The translations under genes and the position numbers were made by a program. Positions 9,535 through 17,683 of a stretch of 64,000 bases of DNA are shown here, one piece after another (the stretch's first letter is position 1; each line of letters begins with the position of its first letter). The notes beneath the pieces were generated by a model. That model was not told the origin of the DNA. It did no database searches and worked only from the letters and a program-made list of their open reading frames with translations. The stretch is from Nitrospirota bacterium (GTDB lineage: Bacteria > Nitrospirota > UBA9217): NCBI GenBank assembly GCA_963754875.1, contig CAVWHO010000016.1, positions 416,001-480,000 on the forward strand. The letters are read 5' to 3'.

Positions 9535-12390
9535 TCACTGATAGCTGCCAACAATTGTGATGGCGCGGGGTAATAAGCCCGCCCCGATCATGGCCGGGGT
9601 CATGGGTGTGAGCTCGCCAGTCGTCGCGCTAATCGTGTACTGAGAGACGCTGTTGTCGCCTTCGTTAACCACGTAGGCAAACTTGACGGAAGGATCGACC
9701 ATGACTGATCTTGGACCTGCCCCCGCAGCCACCGTTGAAGGAGTTATTGGTGACAGCGCGCCAGTCGTCGGGCTGACCAAGTACTGCGAGACGGTATTAT
9801 CGCTAAAATTTGCTACGTAAGCGTACTTGCCTGAGGGATCGACCGTGACGGATCTTGGACCTGCCCCCGCAGCCACCGTTGAAGGAGTTATTGGTGACAG
9901 CGCGCCAGTCGTCGGGCTGATCATGTACTCCGAGATGGTATTATCGCTAAAATTTGCTACGTAGGCGTATTTGCCTGACGGATCGACCGTGACGGACGCG
10001 GGACCCGACCCTGCAGCGGCCGTGGATGGGGTCATTGGTGAGAGCGAAGCACTCGACACGTCGATCGTATACTGCGAGACGGTGTTAGCGTTGAAGTTCG
10101 CGACGTAGGCGTATTTGCCGGAAGGGTCGACCGTGACGGACGTGGGACCCGACCCCGTGGCGACCGTGGCCAGAGGCCAAGGTATGAAGAGGTTCCCTTT
10201 GCGGTCAACGTCATAGAACGGCGAGACAGTGTTGTTGCCGTTGTTCGTTACATAGACATTGCCAAACGGATCGACTGTAACAGAATTGGGAGACTTTCCC
10301 GTTGCAACCATGGACGGGGTCATGGCCGAGAGCATCCCGCCTGTGCCGATCGTGTACTGCGAGACGGTATCGTCCTGTGAGTTCGCCACGTAGGCGTACT
10401 TGCTCAAGGCGTCGACAGCGATGGATATGGAACCCGCCCCTGCAGCGACGGTGGCTGGGATCATTGGCGAGAGCTCACCGGTTGTCGCGCTGATTGTGTA
10501 CTGCGAAACAGTGTTATCACCGTAGTTCGTTACATAGGCGTACTTTGCTACTGCAACAGCCGGGGCCGTGCCATAACTGATAGCCAGAGAAAACACAAGA
10601 GGCTGTGTTATGATGGTTGCCGGAGAATTCGGCGTGAGTGCTCCGTCGGGGCCGATCATGTACAGGGAGATGCCACCAACGTAGGCGAACTTGCCCGAGG
10701 GGTCGACCACAACAGATTGAAGCCCCCCCTCTACCGCGACCGTGGATGGGGTAATTGGTGAAAGAGCCCCGGTCGTCGCGTCGATCGAGTATTGAGAAAT
10801 GGTGCTGTCTTTCAAGTTTGCAACGTAAGCGTATTTGCCCGAGGGGCCGACCGTGACAGATGAGGGCCCCGACCCCGCAGCGACCGTGGATGGGGTCATC
10901 GCTGACAGCGCGCCTGTCGTCGGGCTGATCAGATACTGCGAGACGGTGTTGTCGAAGTAGTGAGCTGCGTAGGCGAACTTGCCCAAAGGGTCGATGGTGA
11001 TGGATCTCGGATACTGTCCTGATGCGACTATGGACGGTGTCATGGCTGAGAGCAACCCGCCTGTACCGATCTTGTACTGCGAGAAGGTGCTGTCACCGTA
11101 GTTTGCTACATAGGCGTACTTGCCCGAGGGGCCGACCGTGACGGAGCTGGGATATAACCCCGTCACGACCGTCGCCGGGGTCATTGGTGAGAGCGCACCG
11201 TCAGGTCCGATTTTATACTGCGAGATGGTGTTATTGCTAAAGTTCGCTACGTAGGCGTATTTGCCGGAAGGATCGACCGTGACGGAGCTTGGATTCAATC
11301 CTGCCACGACCGTGGGCGGGGTCATGGCCGAGAGTGTACCATCCGCACCGATCGTGCACTGAAATATGGTGCCGCCGCTTACATTCGGCATGTTGATTAC
11401 GCTCCCCATGTAGGCGATGTAGGCGAACTTGCCCGAGGGGGCTAACGTGATGGGACCCGATGCCACCGCCGATCTACCAGCAAGCTTCAGGCGCCCCGTA
11501 GATGCATCAAGCGCATAGTTTAAAACACCGGGATAGTCAATAGAAGTCGCGTATAGGAATCGTGGGACATTTTTAGTCCACATCGCGTACAGAGTGATAT
11601 TCGCCGAACCTATCGTGAAGGTCTCTCCCGGTGTATAGGTTATGCCAGACCCGTCAGCTAGCATGTTCCAGCCTGAGAAGGAATACCCTGCTTTAATACC
11701 GGGATTGGCGAATACCGCAACAGTCTGCCCCAGCACATAGTTAGTTGTGTCGATTGGGACGCTGCCGCCAGTATAACCGTTGCCGTCATAGGTTACGGTG
11801 TAGGTGGGGGCTGTGGTCCACATCGCGTACAGTGTGACATTAACAGCACCTATCATAAAGGTCTGTGGTTCCGTATACGTTGTTCCGGTTCCGTCAGCCT
11901 GCGTATTCCAGCCGGAGAAGGCATACCCGCTCTTTACGAGATTGCCTGTATTTCCGAATGTCGTAACTATCCGTCCCTGCTCATATTTGGATGTGTCAGA
12001 CGGGACACTGCCTTCGGTATTGCCATTGCCGTTATAGGTTACGGTGTAGGTCGGATTTGCGGTCCACTTGGCGTACAAGGTAACATTTGCCGAACCCATC
12101 GTGAAGGTCTCTCCCGGTGTATAGGTCGTGCCAGACCCGTTAGCCTGCGTGTTCCAGCCGGAGAAGGAACACCCGGTCCTTTCAAGGTAGCCTATATTTC
12201 CGAGCACCGTAACAATCTGTCCCTGATCATATTTGATTGTGTCAGACGGGACGCTGCCGCCAGTGTAGTCGTTGCCATTATAGGTTACGGTGTAGTTCGG
12301 GTTTGTACCGCCACCCCCACCTCCACTGCAGGTAGACAGCAAATAAATCGCCAAAAATAACATACCCAATAAACCGAATAATCGTTTCAT
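9535..12390 (-). CDS. lipoprotein with three Listeria/Bacteroides (InlB B-type) repeats and lactonase-like beta-propeller repeats
   Basis: Lipobox LSTC plus Gly linker; YTVTYNGN...FSGWNT...TLYAKW x3; about 48-aa SVTVDPSGKYAYVAN..NTVSQY repeats (144-nt period, e.g. 9707 vs 9851). Confidence 0.85.
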   Translation of the reverse strand: MKRLFGLLGMLFLAIYLLSTCSGGGGGGTNPNYTVTYNGNDYTGGSVPSDTIKYDQGQIVTVLGNIGYLERTGCSFSGWNTQANGSGTTYTPGETFTMGSANVTLYAKWTANPTYTVTYNGNGNTEGSVPSDTSKYEQGRIVTTFGNTGNLVKSGYAFSGWNTQADGTGTTYTEPQTFMIGAVNVTLYAMWTTAPTYTVTYDGNGYTGGSVPIDTTNYVLGQTVAVFANPGIKAGYSFSGWNMLADGSGITYTPGETFTIGSANITLYAMWTKNVPRFLYATSIDYPGVLNYALDASTGRLKLAGRSAVASGPITLAPSGKFAYIAYMGSVINMPNVSGGTIFQCTIGADGTLSAMTPPTVVAGLNPSSVTVDPSGKYAYVANFSNNTISQYKIGPDGALSPMTPATVVTGLYPSSVTVGPSGKYAYVANYGDSTFSQYKIGTGGLLSAMTPSIVASGQYPRSITIDPLGKFAYAAHYFDNTVSQYLISPTTGALSAMTPSTVAAGSGPSSVTVGPSGKYAYVANLKDSTISQYSIDATTGALSPITPSTVAVEGGLQSVVVDPSGKFAYVGGISLYMIGPDGALTPNSPATIITQPLVFSLAISYGTAPAVAVAKYAYVTNYGDNTVSQYTISATTGELSPMIPATVAAGAGSISIAVDALSKYAYVANSQDDTVSQYTIGTGGMLSAMTPSMVATGKSPNSVTVDPFGNVYVTNNGNNTVSPFYDVDRKGNLFIPWPLATVATGSGPTSVTVDPSGKYAYVANFNANTVSQYTIDVSSASLSPMTPSTAAAGSGPASVTVDPSGKYAYVANFSDNTISEYMISPTTGALSPITPSTVAAGAGPRSVTVDPSGKYAYVANFSDNTVSQYLVSPTTGALSPITPSTVAAGAGPRSVMVDPSVKFAYVVNEGDNSVSQYTISATTGELTPMTPAMIGAGLLPRAITIVGSYQ

Positions 12391-12430
12391 GATAGCCCCC
12401 TCTTAGCTTCGCTATCTGATCCAGCGAGAC

Positions 12431-12510
12431 AAAAAAAGCCGAACACACCAAAGATTCATCCTTCGGCAGCTCGGCCAACTCGATGAGTGTGCTTACTTCT
12501 AATTAAGCAC
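12431..12510 (-). promoter_or_regulatory. terminator/antiterminator leader (attenuator or riboswitch-like)
   Basis: Minus strand GGCCGAGC...GTTCGGC followed by T7, about 40 nt before the ATG; upstream AGCACAC can alternatively pair with GTGTGTT. Confidence 0.55.
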
Positions 12511-12582
12511 AAGAGATGGAATTACGACGGGGTATTTTTGGGGTATTACAGAACATAACAAAAAGGACCAGGCTTATTTAGG

Positions 12583-12598
12583 ATTCAAGATGAAACAT
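12583..12598 (+). repeat. 16-bp direct repeat ATTCAAGATGAAACAT (copy 1; copy 2 at 13376-13391)
   Basis: Exact match, copies flank higBA. Confidence 0.8.
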
Positions 12599-12655
12599 AC
12601 ATTTCGGGCGAATTCGATTGGGTGTGAACTTCGGAAGGACTTAACGATCGTCCAG

Positions 12656-12949
12656 CTAAACCGCTATCGCCTCGACCAGCTTCCAGTCATTCGACTTGTG
12701 TGCGGCTTCCCAGAGATCGTAATTGCGCTGGAGGTTGAGCCACAGTTCTGGGGTCGTGTTAAATGCCTTGGAAAGACGAAGCGCCATGTCAGGGGTCACG
12801 TCGCCGCGCTCGTTCACGATTTTCGACAGGGTCTTTCGGGACACGCCGAGGGTGCCGGCGAGCTCGGAAACCGTCAGGGACAAAGGCTCCATGTACTGCC
12901 TTTTCAAAATACCGCCCGGATGGGTGGGTGCTCTTTTTCGCGTTCTCAT
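12656..12949 (-). CDS. higA: HigA family antitoxin (HTH-XRE)
   Basis: PTHPGGIL, VTPDMALRLSKAFNTTPELWLNLQ. Confidence 0.92.
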   Translation of the reverse strand: MRTRKRAPTHPGGILKRQYMEPLSLTVSELAGTLGVSRKTLSKIVNERGDVTPDMALRLSKAFNTTPELWLNLQRNYDLWEAAHKSNDWKLVEAIAV

Positions 12950-12961
12950 GTTTTCACCTCT

Positions 12962-13240
12962 TTAATGATAATCTTGATAGTTCACCTGGTAGGCGTTGCC
13001 TTCCTTGAATGTAAAGACAACACGCCAGTTTCCGGAAACCTTTACCGCCCAGGCTCCCTTCAACGGGCCTTTCAACTGATGCAGGTCTGAGCCTGGATAT
13101 CTCATGTCCTCCACCACGTGCGCGGCATCAAGTCTGTCCAGAATATCCGCGAGCTTCTGCGCGTGAGCGGCTTGAATTCCCTTCTTCGTACCATCGAAAA
13201 AGAAATCTTCAAGTCCCTTATGGGTGAAGGTCTTGATCAT
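12962..13240 (-). CDS. higB: HigB (RelE/ParE family) toxin
   Basis: MIKTFTHKGL, LHQLKG, VSGNWRVVFTF, YQDYH; toxin-first order. Confidence 0.92.
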   Translation of the reverse strand: MIKTFTHKGLEDFFFDGTKKGIQAAHAQKLADILDRLDAAHVVEDMRYPGSDLHQLKGPLKGAWAVKVSGNWRVVFTFKEGNAYQVNYQDYH

Positions 13241-13248
13241 CTATCCAT

Positions 13249-13277
13249 AGTGTAACCCTTATGGTTACATGTGTCAA
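13249..13277 (-). promoter_or_regulatory. higBA promoter with overlapping operator palindrome
   Basis: TTGACA-17-TACACT; TGTAACC-N5-GGTTACA palindrome at 13251-13269. Confidence 0.8.
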
Positions 13278-13375
13278 GCTATTTTTGTGCGTGGGCGTCA
13301 GAGGTAGTTTTTGTTCACCCAACCCAGTAGGTCGGTAATGGTCAGCCAAGGATTTTTCGCGGGTTTTTATCACGA

Positions 13376-13391
13376 ATTCAAGATGAAACAT
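13376..13391 (+). repeat. 16-bp direct repeat ATTCAAGATGAAACAT (copy 2)
   Basis: Exact match to 12583-12598. Confidence 0.8.
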
Positions 13392-13509
13392 GCACTCTGA
13401 CTGGTACCCTTTTATGTGTAAACTTCAGACCTTATGATTAAAGTGGCAAGTCCGTCTTAAGGTATATTTGTTGTCAGGCAGACAAAATAGTACCGAAAGG
13501 AGACTTGCC

Positions 13510-14580
13510 ATGAATAACCTTAGCAAACTGGATTTCACCGGTCAACACATTTATGTGGGGATGGATGTTCACCGAAAGAGCTGGAGCATCAGTATTATGA
13601 CCGAACACAGCGCACATAAGACGTTCTCCCAGCCACCGGACCCTGTGCTCCTGAGCAACTATATGCAGCGAAACTTCCCCGGGGCAACCTATCATGCTGC
13701 TTACGAGGCCGGCTATTCCGGTTTCTGGATCCATGACCAACTCCGCGAGAAAGGCATCGAATGCATGGTAGTAAATCCTGCCGATGTCCCGACAAAAGAC
13801 AAAGAACGCGCTGGCAAAACTGATAAAGTGGATTGCCGTAAGCTTGCCCGCTGCCTCAGGAACGGCGAGCTCGAAGGAATCTATGTTCCTGCTCGAGTGA
13901 AGGTCGAAGACCGCGGTTTGCTCCGGACCCGACGCAACATGGTCAAAAAGCAGGTCCGTTGCAAAAACCAGATCAAGTCTCTGCTTGCCTTTTATGGTAT
14001 CCATCTACCAAACGACATTGTTCACAGCAACTGGTCATATAAATTCATCCAATGGATTCAGAGCATTCAAATGGAACGGGCCAGCGGGAACTACGTTTTT
14101 AAAATCTACCTCTATGAACTGGAACAACTTCGCAGAATCATCACTGCTTTGAACCGACAGATCCGCATCCTCGCCCGAACAGATGAGTATAAGACCAATG
14201 TGCAGTTGTTAAGGACTGTTCCCGGCATCAGTACGCTTACTGCCATGACGCTTCTTACAGAATTATACAATATCGACCGGTTCCAGTCGCTCGATAAGCT
14301 CGCAAGCTATATTGGTCTTGTTCCTGACACAGACTCCAGCGGAGAGAAAGATACGACGAAGGGCATGACGAATCGAAAGAACCGGTTTCTGCGATTCTTG
14401 ATCATTGAAGATGCGTGGATCGCTGTACGGCAGGATCCGGCGCTTTTGATGGCTTTTGAGCGGCTTACGAAAAAGATGCCGAAAACCAGGGCCATTATCC
14501 ATATAGTCAGGAAACTCTTGAACCGTATCAGATACGTTCTTAAGAACCAGAAGGAGTATGTGTCGGCAGTTGTTCAGTAA
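13510..14580 (+). CDS. IS110 family DEDD recombinase/transposase
   Basis: YVGMDVH, YEAG, KTDKVD (DEDD RuvC-like); TVPGIS, YIGLVP..DSSG C-terminal domain; AGGAG SD. Confidence 0.92.
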   Translation: MNNLSKLDFTGQHIYVGMDVHRKSWSISIMTEHSAHKTFSQPPDPVLLSNYMQRNFPGATYHAAYEAGYSGFWIHDQLREKGIECMVVNPADVPTKDKERAGKTDKVDCRKLARCLRNGELEGIYVPARVKVEDRGLLRTRRNMVKKQVRCKNQIKSLLAFYGIHLPNDIVHSNWSYKFIQWIQSIQMERASGNYVFKIYLYELEQLRRIITALNRQIRILARTDEYKTNVQLLRTVPGISTLTAMTLLTELYNIDRFQSLDKLASYIGLVPDTDSSGEKDTTKGMTNRKNRFLRFLIIEDAWIAVRQDPALLMAFERLTKKMPKTRAIIHIVRKLLNRIRYVLKNQKEYVSAVVQ

Positions 14581-14826
14581 CTTACGGGATTGTGCTGGGA
14601 CGAATGATCTTTATAGACCTAGTTCATCGTGGGTAACGCTTTCTTTCTTCCTGCAGCCGGATGCATTGTGTCTGCTTACTTCAGACTGCGTACCCACACT
14701 TTAAAACATGACCGAGGAAATGCAGCTGCCTTTATGCTGTAGGCATGTCTGCTGATAAAAGGTTGGTTTTAAAGACTTGTTCGTCCTGAGAACAAAACCG
14801 AAGAAGGGATTACTACGCCAAAAGTA
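14581..14826 (+). ncRNA. candidate bridge/seek RNA-encoding non-coding end of the IS
   Basis: ORF-free segment between transposase stop and right IR, the position known for IS1111-type guide RNAs; structure not verified. Confidence 0.45.
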
Positions 14827-14857
14827 GACTTGACCTTTAACATAAAAGGAAGAAGTG

Positions 14858-15280
14858 TTAATCAGACTCCTGCGCTGTCCTTCTCATCTTTTTCACGTTT
14901 CCCCGCTGCTTTTTCCCCTCAATCCGCCTCTCCTTCGCCGCCTTCGATGGTTTCGTTTTTTTCCTCTGTTTCGGCTTGTGCGCGGCCTGACTGATCAGTT
15001 CGACAAGCCGGCTGATTGCATCTTCGCGGTTCCGCTCCTGGGTCCGGAACTGCCGTGCTTCGATAATGAGAACTCCGTCCTGAGTGATCCGTCTTCCGGC
15101 CAAACGGATAAGGCGCGTGCGCACGTCGCCGGGAAGAGAGGGCGAGTTCCCCACGTCGAACCGAAGCTGCACGGCCGTGGAGACCTTGTTCACGTTCTGG
15201 CCCCCGGGGCCCGATGCCCGGACAAAGCGCAGCTGGATTTCGTTCTCATCGATAGAAATGGATCGGGTAATATTGATCAT
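14858..15280 (-). CDS. arfB: alternative ribosome rescue peptidyl-tRNA hydrolase ArfB
   Basis: RASGPGGQNVNKVSTAV, RTQERNR, basic C-terminal tail. Confidence 0.93.
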   Translation of the reverse strand: MINITRSISIDENEIQLRFVRASGPGGQNVNKVSTAVQLRFDVGNSPSLPGDVRTRLIRLAGRRITQDGVLIIEARQFRTQERNREDAISRLVELISQAAHKPKQRKKTKPSKAAKERRIEGKKQRGNVKKMRRTAQESD

Positions 15281-15331
15281 GGCCTCACCTTATACTGGTA
15301 CGGACAACAGTTCAAGCCTGCAATAGTCCGC

Positions 15332-16042
15332 TCAGAAGAGCTTCGCGACCAGCGCAGGCACGGCTGTCTCGACACTCAAGATTCTCTCACCGATCTGCAC
15401 CGGCATAAACCCGCAGGAAATAAACTTCTCGATCTCATAGGGGATGAATCCGCCTTCCGGTCCGATCGCGAGGACCGCTGGCTCCTTAATATCGCGGGGA
15501 CAGGGGGCAGAGGCAGCCGGATGCGCGACCAGGGAGAGCGCCCCTTTGATGAGACCGGGAAGCTCGTCTTCCACAAAGGGTTTGAACAGCGGCCGGAGCA
15601 GAACTTCGGGGAGTATTGTGTCCTTCCCCTGCTCAAGCCCGATGATCAGCTGCTCTCGTATTTCTTCGTCCGACAGCACCGGACTTTGCCAAAAGCTCTT
15701 TTCCACCCGGAACGAGTTCAGCAGAATGATCCGCTTCACTCCCATGGCGCTTGCGGCCCGGAGTACCCGCTTTAAGACCTTCGGCCTCGGCAAAGCCAGG
15801 ATAAGCGACAGGGAAAGTTTTGGCGGAGGCGCCTGGTCGAGCCTGACCTCCATTTCGAGAACAGCGGGATCCAGCTGAGTGACTCTTCCAATGCCGATGC
15901 GGCCGCCCAACACGCCGACACAGAGTTCATCGCCCGCCTGTGCACGGTGGACCTCCGTAACATGCTTGAGGCGCCGCCCCTGCATGTGCACACGGCTCGT
16001 GTTGCCGATAAAGTCTTCCGGGAAAAGAAGGATGAGATTCAG
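15332..16042 (-). CDS. rsmE: 16S rRNA m3U1498 methyltransferase RsmE (probable CTG start)
   Basis: LALPRPK, IGPEGGF, GERILSVETA; the frame extends to (M)NLILLFPEDF at CTG 16042 preceded by GAGGAG. Confidence 0.88.
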   Translation of the reverse strand: MNLILLFPEDFIGNTSRVHMQGRRLKHVTEVHRAQAGDELCVGVLGGRIGIGRVTQLDPAVLEMEVRLDQAPPPKLSLSLILALPRPKVLKRVLRAASAMGVKRIILLNSFRVEKSFWQSPVLSDEEIREQLIIGLEQGKDTILPEVLLRPLFKPFVEDELPGLIKGALSLVAHPAASAPCPRDIKEPAVLAIGPEGGFIPYEIEKFISCGFMPVQIGERILSVETAVPALVAKLF

Positions 16043-16053
16043 TTGAACTCTCC

Positions 16054-16896
16054 TCAGCGAGTGTCGAGGTACTCCGCCATTTTTTCTCTCATGCGGATAT
16101 CGGGCAGGGGGCCGTGCCCGGCCTTCCTATTGTCCAACAGGTGCGCAGCGTTTCCCGTAGCAGGGATTGCGCAGGTCACCGCCGGGTGGGACAGGATGAA
16201 TTTCAAAAAAAACTGCGCCCAGCTTGTACATCCGAATTCCTTCGCCCATGCAGGCAGACGTTTCCCCCGTACCCTTCCGAACAAGTCCGATGTTTCAAAG
16301 GGCCTGTTCACGATCACGCCGATGCCGAGGTCCGCTGCGAGCGGCAGCAAGCGCTCTTCCGCCTGGCGCGTGACAATTGAGTAGCAGATCTGGATGAAGT
16401 CGGGATGAGCTGCCTTCATCACGCGTTCCATCGCACCGAACGCGGACGTCGCGTAATGGGTTATGCCGGTATACCGGATGCGTCCCTGCTCCTTCCAGGC
16501 GAGGAGCGTCTCGAAATGCGTTTCCCAGTCCATGAGATTGTGCACCTGCATGAGGTCGATCATGTGGGTGCGGAGCAGCCTGAGCGAGTCCTCCATCTGG
16601 CGAACGCCTGATTCCTTTCCCGTGGTCCAGACCTTCGTCGCCAGAAAGAGGGAACCCCGCACCCCGAGTTCCCCGGCCAGGTCTCCCACGACCCGTTCGG
16701 CGCTCCCGTACATGGGAGAAGAATCAACCATGCCGCCAGTCTCGGCAAAGAGCATCAGCACTTCCTTGAGCGGATCGCGGTCGGCCTTCGCCTGTCCGAC
16801 ATCGAAGACGCTGTACGTTCCGAGCCCGACAACTGGGACCATCTCCTTGGTGCCGGGGATGGGACGCTTGAGAATTTCAGGTTGCGATGCCTTCAT
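16054..16896 (-). CDS. aldo/keto reductase
   Basis: GLGT, DSSPMYG, ATK, DLMQVHN, IPAT. Confidence 0.9.
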   Translation of the reverse strand: MKASQPEILKRPIPGTKEMVPVVGLGTYSVFDVGQAKADRDPLKEVLMLFAETGGMVDSSPMYGSAERVVGDLAGELGVRGSLFLATKVWTTGKESGVRQMEDSLRLLRTHMIDLMQVHNLMDWETHFETLLAWKEQGRIRYTGITHYATSAFGAMERVMKAAHPDFIQICYSIVTRQAEERLLPLAADLGIGVIVNRPFETSDLFGRVRGKRLPAWAKEFGCTSWAQFFLKFILSHPAVTCAIPATGNAAHLLDNRKAGHGPLPDIRMREKMAEYLDTR

Positions 16897-17078
16897 AACG
16901 GTTTTCTACTTCAGACCATCCAAGGAAGCAGTTGTTCTCGCAAAGACGCAAAGAAAACCAAATACCACTGCCAATAAGGGACTTCACCTTTTTGGCCGGT
17001 CGTTTTCCCGTTCAGCCCTGCCTTCTCTGTGCCCTCTGCGGGTAAACCGCATTTTGGGGGTCATTTGTCTTCGTCAAA

Positions 17079-17586
17079 TTAATTGAATGGCTTGTATTGT
17101 ACAGTCACGATCGTGAACAAGGTATCGCCTTTCGGCCGCTTGACCACGACCTCATCGCCTTCGGTTTTCTTCATGAGCGCCTTGGCCATGGGAGAATCCA
17201 TGCTGATCAGTCCTTTGGCGGAGTCGAACTCATCAGGCCCTACGATGCGATATTCGCTGACAGCTCCCTCCTCATCCTCGAGCCTCACCCAGGCGCCGAA
17301 AAAGACCTGGGAAGTGTCGGCGGGATTGGCATCGACGACGACAATATTCTTCAAGACGGTTTTTGAGGTGATGGATCCTCGCGTCGATCTCACGGAGCTG
17401 CTTCTTGCGGTAGATGTACTCCGCGTTCTCCGAACGGTCCCCCTCCGCAGCAGCAGCCGCGAGCGCCGCCGTCACCTCGGGCCGCTTTGTGTGCCAAAGG
17501 TATTGAAACTCGTCGGAGAGCCGCTTCTTGCCTTCGGGCGTAATATACTTGGACCCCGCTTTTTGGGGAGGACGATATCTGCTCAT
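17079..17586 (-). pseudogene. greB: transcription elongation factor GreB, with one frameshift near 17350 (real or sequencing error)
   Basis: [21 protein letters not shown] in one frame; VFFGAWV..IVGPDE..ISMDSPMAKAL in the next. Confidence 0.85.
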
Positions 17587-17683
17587 GGGATGAATATACG
17601 GCATCGCGCCAAAGGAATCAAGACGGAAGGAGAGAGGGGAAGATAAAGGATCTTAAAGCAAATGAGCAAACAGCGATTTTTAC

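Larger units (their letters stand above)
13408..14849 (+). mobile_element. IS110 family (IS1111-like) insertion sequence; ends approximate
   Basis: Transposase plus inverted repeats TTATGATTAAAGTGGCAAGTC (13432-13452) / GACTTGACCTTTAACATAA (14827-14845), and CCTTTTATGT (13408) / ACATAAAAGG (14840). Confidence 0.75.

Noticed and set aside
9600..11500. Regularly spaced repeats as a possible CRISPR array
   Set aside because: In-frame coding repeats (propeller blades) without unique spacers; no cas genes
16938..16956. GACGCAAAG as part of a c-di-GMP-I riboswitch
   Set aside because: Lies in a CGCAAAGACGCAAAG short repeat, on the wrong strand for the adjacent gene, with no other aptamer elements
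17340..17360. Programmed frameshift in greB
   Set aside because: No slippery heptamer or stimulatory structure; an indel is more parsimonious
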